This document shows positions 10,860-20,434 of a stretch of DNA of 64,000 nucleotides, one piece after another (the stretch's first letter is position 1; each line of letters opens with the position of its first letter). The stretch comes from an uncultured Trueperaceae bacterium (GTDB lineage Bacteria; Deinococcota; Deinococci; Deinococcales; Trueperaceae), in NCBI GenBank assembly GCA_963799485.1, contig CAWCXJ010000007.1, forward strand, positions 1 through 64,000. Direction: 5' to 3'. The translations under genes were made by a program, and so were the position numbers. The notes under the pieces are model-generated. The model was not told the DNA's origin and searched no databases. It worked only from the letters and a program-made list of their open reading frames with translations.

Positions 10860-11999
10860 GTGCAGGAAAGAGAAAAGGAGCTTTTAGAACAGGCGTCTCG
10901 TTACCGGCTGCTCGTTGAAAACCTCAAGGACTACGCCGTTTTTACGATGAACCCGGCCGGACAGATCGACTCGTGGAACCTGGGGGCGGAAGAAACGCTC
11001 GGCTATAGCAGCGCCGAAATTATCGGACAAGCGGCGGCGCTGATCTTTACGCCGGAGGACAGGGCGAAAAATGCCCCGCAACAAGAACTCGACACGGCGG
11101 CCCGTACCGGACGCGCGGAAGACAACCGCTGGCACGTGCGTAAAGACGGTTCGTACATCTGGGTCAACGGGATTATGGTCGCGCTTTTCGACGAAGAGCA
11201 GCCGGAGCAGCTGCGCGGCTTCGCCAAGATTATCCGCGACGAGACCAAACGGCTGGCGCAAGAAGAAGCGCTTAGAGCGTCGCACGAGACGCTGGAAAAC
11301 CGGGTTAGAGAACGAACCGAAGCGCTTAGGCGCTCCGAAGACCGGTTTCACAAGGCGTTCAGCTCGAGCCCGGCCCCCACCGTAATCGTGCGTTTAGGCG
11401 ACAAGCAGTACCTCAACGTCAACGAAAGTTTTTTGCTGCTGACCGGGTACGAACGTGATGAGGTCATCGGTCACACCTTAAAAGAGGTCGACTTATATGT
11501 CGACCAGCCCGGACGAGAGCGGGTACTCGAGCAGCTTCGGAGCGGTCAGCCCGTCCCCTTGCGTGAGATGGAAATCCGTAAAAAGAGTGGCGAAACGCTT
11601 TGTGTGATGGTCGCCAGCGAAATCATCGACGTCGACGACGACGCCTGCCAGCTCGATATCTTTATCGACATCACGCAGCGTAAACGCAGCGAGGTGCAGC
11701 TGATGCGCGCCATCGAAGAGGTGATGAGCGACACCACCTGGTTTAGCCGTTCGGTCGTCGAAAAACTCGCGCAGCTGCGTTCGGGTACGGTCGATCAGAC
11801 CGGCGTAGACGAGCTGACTGCCCGTGAACGCCAGGTTTTAAGCTACATCGCCAGGGGCTCGAACAACGAAACCATCAGCAGCGAACTCGGGCTCGCCACG
11901 CAAACGGTACGAAACTACATCTCGAGCATCTATGAAAAACTCGGTCTCCACACGCGCGCCGAGGTCGTCGTCTGGGCGAGAGAACGGGGTCTCGGCTAG
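10860..11999 (+). CDS. PAS-PAS-LuxR transcriptional regulator
   Basis: Two PAS/PAC regions (SWNLGAE..RKDGS; NVNESF..TGY) and a C-terminal LTARERQVL..TVRNYISSIYEKLG HTH. Confidence 0.9.
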   Translation: MQEREKELLEQASRYRLLVENLKDYAVFTMNPAGQIDSWNLGAEETLGYSSAEIIGQAAALIFTPEDRAKNAPQQELDTAARTGRAEDNRWHVRKDGSYIWVNGIMVALFDEEQPEQLRGFAKIIRDETKRLAQEEALRASHETLENRVRERTEALRRSEDRFHKAFSSSPAPTVIVRLGDKQYLNVNESFLLLTGYERDEVIGHTLKEVDLYVDQPGRERVLEQLRSGQPVPLREMEIRKKSGETLCVMVASEIIDVDDDACQLDIFIDITQRKRSEVQLMRAIEEVMSDTTWFSRSVVEKLAQLRSGTVDQTGVDELTARERQVLSYIARGSNNETISSELGLATQTVRNYISSIYEKLGLHTRAEVVVWARERGLG

Positions 12000-12001
12000 C
12001 T

Positions 12002-12150
12002 GTGCCGGTGGTAGACGCCGTGAGCCTTTCGCGGCGCACGGGCAAGTACCGCGAAACGCTGCCGTTCAGCGTTGAAGGCGTTGACCTGAACCTGGATTTA
12101 GACGCTGAGGGTTACGTGTTACAGCTGGGGGTACTCTCCGCCACTACAAA
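12002..12150 (+). pseudogene. Possible DUF2283-like remnant
   Basis: LNLDLDAEGYVLQLGVLSA resembles the DUF2283 pattern by eye only. Confidence 0.3.
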
Positions 12151-12235
12151 ACCATTCACAACACCGCAAAAACTAAAACCTGCTTGCACATTAGGCCATT
12201 TGCAGCCATTGTCTCGCCGAGTAAGGCAAGCTGTG

Positions 12236-12274
12236 TTCCGTCCGGGTTTTAGACCAACTAAAACCCGGACGGAA
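12236..12274. repeat. Perfect 17-bp inverted repeat (terminator or RNA hairpin)
   Basis: TTCCGTCCGGGTTTTAG-accaa-CTAAAACCCGGACGGAA. Confidence 0.8.
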
Positions 12275-12389
12275 ATTTATAGCTTCGGATAACCCGAAAC
12301 ATTTGCCCGGTGTCGGCGCGGCGAGCGTTTCACCGCGCTGGACTCGCCGCGCACCAAAACGCGTTGACCTCTGGCTGACTGCTGCGGGC

Positions 12390-12536
12390 CTAAAGCAGGT
12401 CTTTCAAGTCGATGCCGTTTTGGCGGAGCAGCGTAAGGCGCTGCCAGTTGGTCAAGAGCGCGTGGGCGAGGAGCGCCGCAAGCGCAACGAGGTGAACGAC
12501 TATAACGACCACAGGCACATCCGGAATGAGCGTCAT
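12390..12536 (-). CDS. 48-aa small membrane protein (not in the ORF track)
   Basis: MTLIPDVPVVVIVVHLVALAALLAHALLTNWQRLTLLRQNGIDLKDLL*; TAAAGT -10 box 6 nt before the ATG. Confidence 0.6.
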   Translation of the reverse strand: MTLIPDVPVVVIVVHLVALAALLAHALLTNWQRLTLLRQNGIDLKDLL

Positions 12537-12716
12537 GCCGTAACTTTAGAACCGTGCAGACGTGCTGAACGTGAAATTTTCAGCCTCGAGCGCGTGAAAA
12601 AATCACATCTACAAACGGGTTTAGTGCATGTGAGATTGCCAACACTCAAGTACTTGAGTGTGTTCTTTACCGCCGGTCTGAGCCCGGACGCCGCCCCAAA
12701 CCGTTAGAGTAGGCCG

Positions 12717-13022
12717 ATGAAACAAACCAAGCTCGAGTTCGGCCGTGCGTTCAAAGTCTTTTTGTCTACCCCTCACGCCCAGGCAGCGACGATGACCCTT
12801 GCGCCCGGTGAGCAGGTCGGCGGTGGCGACAACGTTCATGCGCGCAGCACCCAGTGGCTTTTCGTCGTTTCCGGCGTGGGTGAGGCGACTGTTGCCGGTC
12901 AGGTGGTTAAGCTCGCAAAGCACACGCTGAGCGTTATCGAGGCGGGCGAAGCGCACGAAATCCGCAATACCGGAGGCGTAGCGCTCGAGACGCTCAACCT
13001 GTACATGCCGCCCGAGTATTGA
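12717..13022 (+). CDS. Cupin domain protein
   Basis: NVH...QWLFVVSG.G, IEAGEAHEIRNTG and PPEY motifs. Confidence 0.88.
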   Translation: MKQTKLEFGRAFKVFLSTPHAQAATMTLAPGEQVGGGDNVHARSTQWLFVVSGVGEATVAGQVVKLAKHTLSVIEAGEAHEIRNTGGVALETLNLYMPPEY

Positions 13023-13225
13023 TGGGGACGGCTCGCAGTCGGTCGGGCTAAAAATGCAGGCGGGTTAAGAACAACAGTTCAAGGAACCACTGCCGTGTCT
13101 CCCAAGCTGCGCGTGCCAAGCTATGAATCTTAAACAGAGTGCGTTGTCGACCCGTTCCGAACGCAGTGAGAACGACTTTTGTACCCATATACCTGCTGAC
13201 GGTAGCCAAATAAACGCCTGTCTGC

Positions 13226-13351
13226 TACACTGAGCAGGCCGATTTCGGCTTTTATGCGCGACTAACCTTTTTCCAGACGACTACGCCTTGCCCACGGGTA
13301 TCTCCAACTGTCCCGGTGCAGGCACCGTTCTCTTTTGGAAAAGGATTTTTT
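13226..13351 (+). promoter_or_regulatory. Promoter and putative translational attenuator leader (uORF MRD* at 13254-13265)
   Basis: TACACT -10 box; ATGCGCGACTAA abuts CCTTTTTCCAGA, which can pair with TTTGGAAAAGG covering the RBS. Confidence 0.6.
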
Positions 13352-14917
13352 ATGTCGCTTGTGCTTCAGGCCCTCGGCCTCGGTTACCGTTATCCCGACC
13401 AACCCGACCCGCTCTTTGAAGGGCTCGAGCTGACCCTTTACTGCGGCGACCACGTAGCGCTGTTAGGTGTCAACGGTTCCGGTAAAACCACGCTCCTAGA
13501 ACTCTTGTCCGGCCTCCTGCCGCTCCGGACCGGACAGCTGACGACGCACGCGGAGCCGTTCTATTTACGGCAAGAAGACCGCTTGACGGGGGATAAAACC
13601 GTGCTGGACGCGGTGCTCGAGACCTACCCCGACCTCGGGCCGCTACGCGCGGAACTTTTACGGCACGAGGCCGCAAACGTTCCCGAACCGCTTCGTTACG
13701 CCGAACTGCTCGCCGAGTTTGCCGAAGCCGGCGGGTACACCCTGGCGGCAAGCCTGCAAACCGAACTCGGCGCGCTCGGTTACGCGCCTGAGCTGCTGGA
13801 GCGCCCCGTAACCGCCCTTTCCGGCGGCGAACGGCGGCTGCTACAGCTCGCTGCGGCGTTCGCCCGGCCTCAAACGCTCTACCTGCTCGACGAACCGACC
13901 AATCACTTAGACGCGCGCGCCACGCGCTTCTTGACGCGCAAAATCCAGGAAACGGCGGCGGCCTGCCTGATCGTCTCGCACGACCGGGGGTTTTTAGACG
14001 AGACCGTAAACGGGGTGTTTGAACTTGGGCGCGGCGGCCTCAGGCACTACCGCGGCAACTACTCGAGCTTCTGGTCACAAAAAGAAACCGAGCACGCCGA
14101 GCGGGTTCGCCAAAGCGGCAAACTAAAGCGCGACATTGCGGGGCTTAAAGCGCAGGAGCGCACCTACAAAGTCTGGGGAGCGCGCAAGGAGAAAGAGAAA
14201 TCCGGGGCGGCGGACAAGGGCTTTGTCGGGGCGCGGGCGGCGCGGCTGATGCGGCGCGGGCTTCAGGCCAAAGAGCGGCTCCGGGAGCGTATCGGCGACC
14301 TCGAGGACACCAAACCGTGGATTGATAAACGTTACGCCGTTGCTTTCGAAACACCTGAACTGCCGGCGGGTGTGTGTTTGAGCGCGCGCGACGTCCCGGT
14401 TTTGAGCCGGAAGGTTTCGCTCAACCTGGAGTACGGTGAAAGGTGGGCCGTCGCAGGTGCCAACGGTGCGGGCAAAACGACCCTGCTCCGCACCCTGCTC
14501 GGCTCTGGCGCAAGCACGGGTGTTATCTGGGACACGCGCGCGGTTATCGGCTACTTGCCGCAACGCTGCGACGATGTACATAACGACATAAACAGCGGCG
14601 AAACCATAGCAACTCGCTTTGCCGAGGCTGATGGGCCTCGAGCCCGCACCCTGCTGGGGGCGTTCGGTGTTCCGGGCGAGGCGTTTACGCAGCCCCTGAT
14701 CTCTTTGAGCGAGGGTCAAAAACGCAAGGTTCGGCTTATTGAACTTATCCTAGCGCGCCCTAACGTCCTCGTTTTAGACGAACCGACGACGCATCTAGGT
14801 TATGTCAGCGTCGAAATGCTCGAGGCTGCCCTGCTGGGCTTTCCCGGAACCCTGCTGCTGGTCAGTCACGACGTGTACCTGCTCGAGCGGACCACACGGC
14901 GGCGGCTCGAGCTTTAG
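13352..14917 (+). CDS. ABC-F family ATPase (possible ribosomal protection protein)
   Basis: Two ABC cassettes (GVNGSGKT..LSGGE..LLDEPTNHLD; GANGAGKT..LSEGQ..LDEPTTHL), a linker and no TM segments. Confidence 0.9.
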   Translation: MSLVLQALGLGYRYPDQPDPLFEGLELTLYCGDHVALLGVNGSGKTTLLELLSGLLPLRTGQLTTHAEPFYLRQEDRLTGDKTVLDAVLETYPDLGPLRAELLRHEAANVPEPLRYAELLAEFAEAGGYTLAASLQTELGALGYAPELLERPVTALSGGERRLLQLAAAFARPQTLYLLDEPTNHLDARATRFLTRKIQETAAACLIVSHDRGFLDETVNGVFELGRGGLRHYRGNYSSFWSQKETEHAERVRQSGKLKRDIAGLKAQERTYKVWGARKEKEKSGAADKGFVGARAARLMRRGLQAKERLRERIGDLEDTKPWIDKRYAVAFETPELPAGVCLSARDVPVLSRKVSLNLEYGERWAVAGANGAGKTTLLRTLLGSGASTGVIWDTRAVIGYLPQRCDDVHNDINSGETIATRFAEADGPRARTLLGAFGVPGEAFTQPLISLSEGQKRKVRLIELILARPNVLVLDEPTTHLGYVSVEMLEAALLGFPGTLLLVSHDVYLLERTTRRRLEL

Positions 14918-14959
14918 GCCGACGCAAGCTCTCACGGTATCCGGCCCTGAACCGTAGCA

Positions 14960-15000
14960 ATACGGATTCCGGTTACTTGTCCAAGCCCCGGAATCCGTAT
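14960..15000. terminator. Hairpin between the convergent ABC-F gene and tRNA
   Basis: 13-bp inverted repeat ATACGGATTCCGG/CCGGAATCCGTAT. Confidence 0.55.
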
Positions 15001-15095
15001 GCTTGCAGCGCGCTGAGGCGAGCCTTTCACGCAGTCTAATGAACGTGCGTGTTACACTCACTCTTGCGATTTTGGAGGGCTGATTCGCGGAGGGG

Positions 15096-15172
15096 TGGTG
15101 CGCCCGACAGGATTCGAACCTGTGACCTTTCGCTCCGGAGGCGAACGCTCTATCCGGCTGAGCTACGGGCGC
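15096..15172 (-). tRNA. tRNA-Arg(CCG)
   Basis: Reverse complement GCGCCCGTAGCTCAGCCGGATAGAGCGTTCGCCTCCGGAGCGAAAGGTCACAGGTTCGAATCCTGTCGGGCGCACCA folds into a cloverleaf with anticodon CCG and an encoded CCA. Confidence 0.97.
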
Positions 15173-15298
15173 ACGTCAGGGATATCATCCCTAAAGGCAC
15201 TCAAGATGATACCCCTACGGGTCGCTGAGATGCTACCCCCAAATCTACAGAGCTACGAGACAGAGCTACGAGGTAGCAGGAGGGCATTACACACAATC

Positions 15299-17314
15299 AT
15301 GAGTCAACGCAACCGAAATATTATCCTGTGGGTGGTCGCTATCGGCCTGCTCGTCAGTATGGTTATCAGTTTTACGCCGGGGAATTTGTTCGGCAATAGT
15401 CAGCAGCAAGCGGCTGCCGACGGGCCGGTCGCGCTCACGGTCAACGGCGAGCCGATCCGTGAACTCGAGGTAGCGCGGCTTCAGCAAACCCCGCCTTTTA
15501 ACACCGTCCAGGAAGGCCCGGCGGCGCAGGATTTACGGCTGTTACTGCTAGACCAGCTCGTGTCGCAGACCGTGTTGCAACAAGCAGCGGCAGATGTAGC
15601 GGTCTCGAGCGGTGAAGTGCGGACGCGCGTCAACGAGTTCCGGCAGCAGCAGGGCGTCGCCGGGAGCCGCAACGACCGTGCCTACCAAAACCTGCTCGCC
15701 GGGGCCGGCTACACCGACGGAACCTTCCGCGAACTCGTTCGTCAGCAGCTCAAGCAAGAAAAGTATCTCGCCAACCTCACCCCCGACGCGGCTCCGACGG
15801 ATGAAGAAATTCAGACCTACTACGCCGCCAATCAGAGCAGCTACCAGAGTGAACCGCGTATTACGGCAAGGGAAATCGTCGTCGCGGATAAAGACAAAGC
15901 CGACGCACTTTACGCGCAGGCCCTCGCCGGGGCGGACTTTGCTACGCTCGCCCGTGAAAACTCTACGGAGCGCGCCGAGCAGGGCGGCGCACTCGGCGCG
16001 GCGGCGGGTGAAAGCACCCCGCAACCCGTTGCCGGCGTCGCGCTCCCGACCGCTGTGTCGCAGGCCGCGTTTGCGCTGCAAGGTCCGGGTTTGACCGCAC
16101 CGGTCGAAGCAGGCGGCGTCTATTACATCGTCAAAGTCGAAGCGTACACACCTCCCGGGACGCGTCCGCTGGGGGAGGTTCGCAGCGAAGTCGAAACCGA
16201 CCTCACCGACCTCAAAAAAGCGGCTGCCGAAGAGCAGGCGTTACGAACGCTCAAGGCCACAGCTGAGATCACCTCACCGGCAGGGAGCAGCTACAGCTAT
16301 CAAAACCCGGTGGTCGCCCGCGTCGGCGACGCTGAAATCACCGCGGTCGAACTCGACCGCAACACCTACTTGAATCCGCAGATTCAGCAACTCCTCAGTC
16401 CGAGCTTCGCCGGGATTATCGCCAATTCGGTCAAGCCCAATGTGCTTACGCAAATGATCGACGCCGCACTCGCGGTGCAGGGTGCCAAATCGCTTGACGG
16501 TAGCTTCGTCGGGCCGGACGCGGCGGTCGCGCAGAGTGCGCTGGGGTATGTGAGCCGCAACGTAACAGTCGATAACGCGCAGGTACGCAGTTTTTACGAG
16601 GAGAACCGCGCGACCTACACCGAGCCGCCCTCGGCTTTAACGACCCGCGTAAACTTCGCTAACGCGGCGTCGGCCAGAGACTTTCGCCAGGCCCTAACGA
16701 CTGCCGACGCCATCAGCGCCGAAAGCATCAACATCGCCGCCGAAGCCGCAGGCGGCACCGCCGAAGACCTCGGCACCGTCGCGCCGGGAAGCCAACCCGA
16801 AGCCGTCGACACCGTACTTTTCAACTTTCAAGCCGGGATGACCGCGCTGGGGCAGAGCGGCTTCGACATCTCGCGTGTGCTGACGCTTACGGTTCCCGTG
16901 GCCACGGAGAGTGGCGGTGCGGTGTCCGGCGGCGCTGCGGTGTCCGGCGGTGCGGCCTCAGGTGGCGCTGCGCCTGCAACAGAGGAGCAGTTCGTCGTGC
17001 TCGTCGCGGTCCGCACGCCCGCACGCATCCGACCTTTAAGCGAGGTGCGCACTCAGGTCAGGCAGGCGGCTTTGCAGCAGCAACGGAATGAAAGACAGCA
17101 AGAATGGCTAAACGGTCTCCGTGAACAGTTCCCGGTTGAAAACCTCTTGGCTTCTGCGGCAGCGGCGGCTGGTGCACAGAGCGGCGGAGCCGTGAGTGGC
17201 GGGACGGAGAGTGGCGGCGCAGCCAACGACACGACGCCGGGTGGCGGCCCGATTCTTACCCCGACGCCTATACCTGCGCCCCAACAGGCACCCCAGAGTG
17301 GCGGCGCGAACTAG
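15299..17314 (+). CDS. SurA/PrsA/PpiD-like peptidyl-prolyl isomerase
   Basis: N-terminal TM, SurA_N-like region, rotamase motif DFATLARENS..GGALG; AGGAGG upstream of ATG 15299. Confidence 0.85.
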   Translation: MSQRNRNIILWVVAIGLLVSMVISFTPGNLFGNSQQQAAADGPVALTVNGEPIRELEVARLQQTPPFNTVQEGPAAQDLRLLLLDQLVSQTVLQQAAADVAVSSGEVRTRVNEFRQQQGVAGSRNDRAYQNLLAGAGYTDGTFRELVRQQLKQEKYLANLTPDAAPTDEEIQTYYAANQSSYQSEPRITAREIVVADKDKADALYAQALAGADFATLARENSTERAEQGGALGAAAGESTPQPVAGVALPTAVSQAAFALQGPGLTAPVEAGGVYYIVKVEAYTPPGTRPLGEVRSEVETDLTDLKKAAAEEQALRTLKATAEITSPAGSSYSYQNPVVARVGDAEITAVELDRNTYLNPQIQQLLSPSFAGIIANSVKPNVLTQMIDAALAVQGAKSLDGSFVGPDAAVAQSALGYVSRNVTVDNAQVRSFYEENRATYTEPPSALTTRVNFANAASARDFRQALTTADAISAESINIAAEAAGGTAEDLGTVAPGSQPEAVDTVLFNFQAGMTALGQSGFDISRVLTLTVPVATESGGAVSGGAAVSGGAASGGAAPATEEQFVVLVAVRTPARIRPLSEVRTQVRQAALQQQRNERQQEWLNGLREQFPVENLLASAAAAAGAQSGGAVSGGTESGGAANDTTPGGGPILTPTPIPAPQQAPQSGGAN

Positions 17315-17413
17315 CCCGTTTGTAAAAGTCAGCCCCGGCCCTGCACCTGCAGGGCTTTTTCCTTGCGCCGAATCGTCCCGCCGGGCTTTTTGGAAAATAG
17401 GTTAGATTGGCGT

Positions 17414-18931
17414 ATGCCCCGCGCCCTGTTGAGTGTTTCCGATAAAACGGGCCTCGAGCCCTTTGCCCGCGCCCTCCTCGAGCTGGGTTTCGAGCTGCTC
17501 TCGACCGGCGGCACCCACGCGGCGTTAAAAGACGCTGGTCTGGAGGTGCGCCGCGTCGCTGATGAGACGGGGTTTCCGGAAATCCTGGACGGACGCGTCA
17601 AAACGCTGCACCCCAAGATTCACGGTGGTCTGCTCGCCACGACGTTGCCCGACCATCAGGTGCAGTTAAAAGCGCATGACATCACCCCGATAGACCTCGC
17701 CGTTATCAACCTCTACCCGTTTCGGGAGACGGTCGCGCGCGGCGCACCGTTCGCGGAAACCGTGGAAAATATCGACGTCGGCGGCCCGGCGATGCTGCGT
17801 TCGGCGGCGAAGAACCACGAGAACGTGCTGGTCGTGTGTGACCCGGCAGATTACGAACGGGTTTTAGGGGCGCTCCAAACAGATGAGGCTGACGCGCTGA
17901 GGTTGCCACTCGCCCGCAAAGCCTTCGCGCATACGAGCGCCTACGACGCGGCTATCGTCACATGGTTGGATACGCTGGAACCCGAGCCGCTTCCCAAAAC
18001 ACTGCACCTGAGTTTAGAGCACGCGCAAAGCCTCCGCTACGGCGAAAACCCCCATCAGACCGGCGCACGTTACCGTGAAACCGGGGCTAAAAGCTGGTGG
18101 GACGAAGCCGTGCAGCACAGTGGCGCAGCGCTCTCTTACCTCAACTTGTTCGACGCGGAGGCGGCGTGGCGTCTGGTTCACGAGTTCGACGCGCCCGCCG
18201 CTGTCATCGTCAAACACGCCAACCCGTGCGGCGTGGCGCTCGCCGAGGACATTGAAACCGCTTACGAACACGCCTTTGAAGCCGACCCCAAATCGGCGTT
18301 CGGCGGCGTGGTGGCGCTCAACCGACCCGTTAGCGAAACGCTCGCCGCCGAACTGCTCGCCAACCCCAAAGCCGACGTGCTGATTGCGCCCGAGTTCACC
18401 CCGGGAGCCGCCGAAAAGCTTGCCGTAAAACGTAAAAATATGCGGGTGCTGAGCGCGCCGCCGCCAAATAAAGCAGGGCTCGAGCTGCGCCGCGTCGACG
18501 GCGGCTTCTTAGTACAGGAGCCCGATACCGTGAAACGTGAGCGCAGCGCCTGGCAGGTCGTCACCAAGCGCCAACCTACAGAAACTGAGTGGCGAGATCT
18601 GGAACTTGCGTGGCTTGTCTGCGCCTATACCAAATCGAACGCGATTGTTTTCGTTAAAGACGCGCAGGCTGTCGGTATCGGCGCGGGGCAGCAGAGCCGC
18701 GTGGACGCCTCTGAGATTGCGGCGCAAAAGGCGGCAGGGCGCGCTCAGGGCGGGGCGTGTGCGAGCGACGCGTTTTATCCTTTTAGGGACGGGCTCGAGG
18801 TTGCCGCCAGAGCCGGAGTCGCCGCCGTTGTCCAACCGGGCGGGTCGATTAGAGACGGTGAGCTAACCCAAGCCGCCGATGAGCTGGGTTTGGCGATGGT
18901 CATGACCGGAGAGCGGCACTTCAGGCACTAG
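17414..18931 (+). CDS. purH: Bifunctional AICAR formyltransferase / IMP cyclohydrolase
   Basis: RALLSVSDKTG, GRVKTLHP, LRYGENPHQ, KHANPCG, ASDAF, QPGGS and RHFRH motifs. Confidence 0.97.
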   Translation: MPRALLSVSDKTGLEPFARALLELGFELLSTGGTHAALKDAGLEVRRVADETGFPEILDGRVKTLHPKIHGGLLATTLPDHQVQLKAHDITPIDLAVINLYPFRETVARGAPFAETVENIDVGGPAMLRSAAKNHENVLVVCDPADYERVLGALQTDEADALRLPLARKAFAHTSAYDAAIVTWLDTLEPEPLPKTLHLSLEHAQSLRYGENPHQTGARYRETGAKSWWDEAVQHSGAALSYLNLFDAEAAWRLVHEFDAPAAVIVKHANPCGVALAEDIETAYEHAFEADPKSAFGGVVALNRPVSETLAAELLANPKADVLIAPEFTPGAAEKLAVKRKNMRVLSAPPPNKAGLELRRVDGGFLVQEPDTVKRERSAWQVVTKRQPTETEWRDLELAWLVCAYTKSNAIVFVKDAQAVGIGAGQQSRVDASEIAAQKAAGRAQGGACASDAFYPFRDGLEVAARAGVAAVVQPGGSIRDGELTQAADELGLAMVMTGERHFRH

Positions 18932-19074
18932 TCAGGCTTTTTCAGCTTGATGGTAGACGTTGACAAGAAGCGGGAATCAAGGTGTACCAAGTAGTTATTC
19001 GGTCGCGGCTGCAAAAAAACAGTCGCCTGTACGCTTACAAGACCCCTGGCAAACAGGCTCAAACCGGCTTCGAG

Positions 19075-19136
19075 TAGCACTTCCAACATTCACCGCCACA
19101 GCATAAGCTAAGGGATGGCAAGCTATTCACTAGATT
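19075..19136 (+). mobile_element. Orphan diverged left end of an IS630 element
   Basis: TAGCACTTCCA TIR plus the first transposase codons (MASYSLD), an imperfect direct repeat of 19137 onward. Confidence 0.75.
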
Positions 19137-20152
19137 TAGCACTTCCAGCATTCACAGCCACAAAGTAAGCTAGAGCATGGCGAGCTATTCACTGGATTTA
19201 CGGGAACGGATTGTCAAGGCCCATATCGAGGAAGGGCAGAGTAAAAGTGCGGTAGCCAGACGCTTTGGCGTCAGTCGCTGGAGCGTTGAGCGCTACGTCA
19301 AACGCTCTCAAACCGGGAGCTTAGCGGCAACACCCCATCCAGGTAGAAGGCGGCAGCTTGACGCCAAAGGTTGTGAGGTGTTGCGGCGGCAGGTTGAGGC
19401 GCAGCATGACTGGAGTCTCGAGCAGCACGCCGCCGCACTTGCTAAAGAGACGGGTATAGAGCTTAAGAAATCTTCGGTAGGTAACTACCTCAGGCGGTTG
19501 GGTATTACACATAAAAAAGAGCTTTAGTGCTACCGAAAGAGACGAAGGACAACGACAGCACTACTTAGACGAAGTAAGTCGCAAAGAAACAAAAACGCTT
19601 GTCTTCATCGACGAAACGAGCGCCTACGTCGGGCAAAGCCGAGAATACGGCTGGGCTGCAAGTTGTGAGCGCGTTGATGATAGCCGACCTAAAGGCAAGA
19701 AAGAGCGCGTCAGCCTGATTGCTGCAATAACCCTCGGGGGAATAATGGCTGAGCAAGCTTTAGTTGTTCCAGACACGGTAAACAAAAACGCCTTCCTAGC
19801 TTTTCTTGAATCTACCTTGCTCCCGACCCTTGCTAGTGGGAGCGTCTTAGTTTTGGATAACTGGCACGCAAAGCACCCCGAAGGGACAGTCCATCATGGT
19901 GAAGAAGTCAGGAGTCTTGTCGAGGCGTATGACTGTGAACTCTTGTACCTACCGACATACTCACCCGACTTTAATCCCATTGAACATCTCTTCGCCAAGC
20001 TCAAAGCGTTGATCAAAAGCCTTCGGCCTGAAACGATGGACAACCTTATCCAAGCTTTTTGTGAGGCGGTCAAGGCTGTTACCCCTAAGCAGGTTCTCAG
20101 TACCTTCAAGCATTGTGGCTATGGATTAGAGCAGTAAATCATGGAAGTGCTA
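19137..20152 (+). mobile_element. IS630-family insertion sequence
   Basis: TIRs TAGCACTTCCA / TGGAAGTGCTA with TA at both ends, enclosing a transposase. Confidence 0.92.
19177..20137 (+). CDS. IS630 transposase in two frames joined at the A6G run (19513-19519)
   Basis: HTH ORF MASYSLDLRERIV..THKK; the second frame from 19520 has VFIDETS, VLDN and YLPTYSPDFNPIEH (DDE). Confidence 0.88.
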
Positions 20153-20244
20153 GAATAGACGCTCCGGACAAAAACCTTTCGCAATTCCTACAGCTTGGGG
20201 TATAGTCAGACGCTACTCCAGAAAACTTCTGCCGGCGCTTGCAA

Positions 20245-20419
20245 CGTCTATATCTTGCTGCTTCTTGTCAGTGCCGTACAGCATATGGTACGCTGTTTTG
20301 GTTCTCGTAGATACTTCGACCCTATAAGGACTTGACGAATACCCCGGTTAGCGCCTAAAGTAGTATGTGCAAATACAGTAAAGTGTGTAAAACGCTAAAC
20401 AGAGTACAATATCTGGTAC
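20245..20419 (+). promoter_or_regulatory. NrdR boxes (20245-20260, 20276-20291, 20404-20419)
   Basis: cgtCTATATCTTGctg, gtaCAGCATATGGtac and gtaCAATATCTGGtac resemble acaCwAtATaTwGtgt; the first two are 31 bp apart, upstream of nrdJ. Confidence 0.65.
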
Positions 20420-20434
20420 GACTGAGGAGGCTCC

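Noticed and set aside
14917..15172. tRNA-Arg as the attachment site of an island carrying the ABC-F gene
   Set aside because: I saw no integrase and no duplicated tRNA 3' end, and the ABC-F gene has host-like composition including many CTCGAG sites.
15095..15298. N-terminal extension of the 739-aa ORF
   Set aside because: It overlaps tRNA-Arg on the opposite strand. ATG 15299, with AGGAGG upstream, is the better start.
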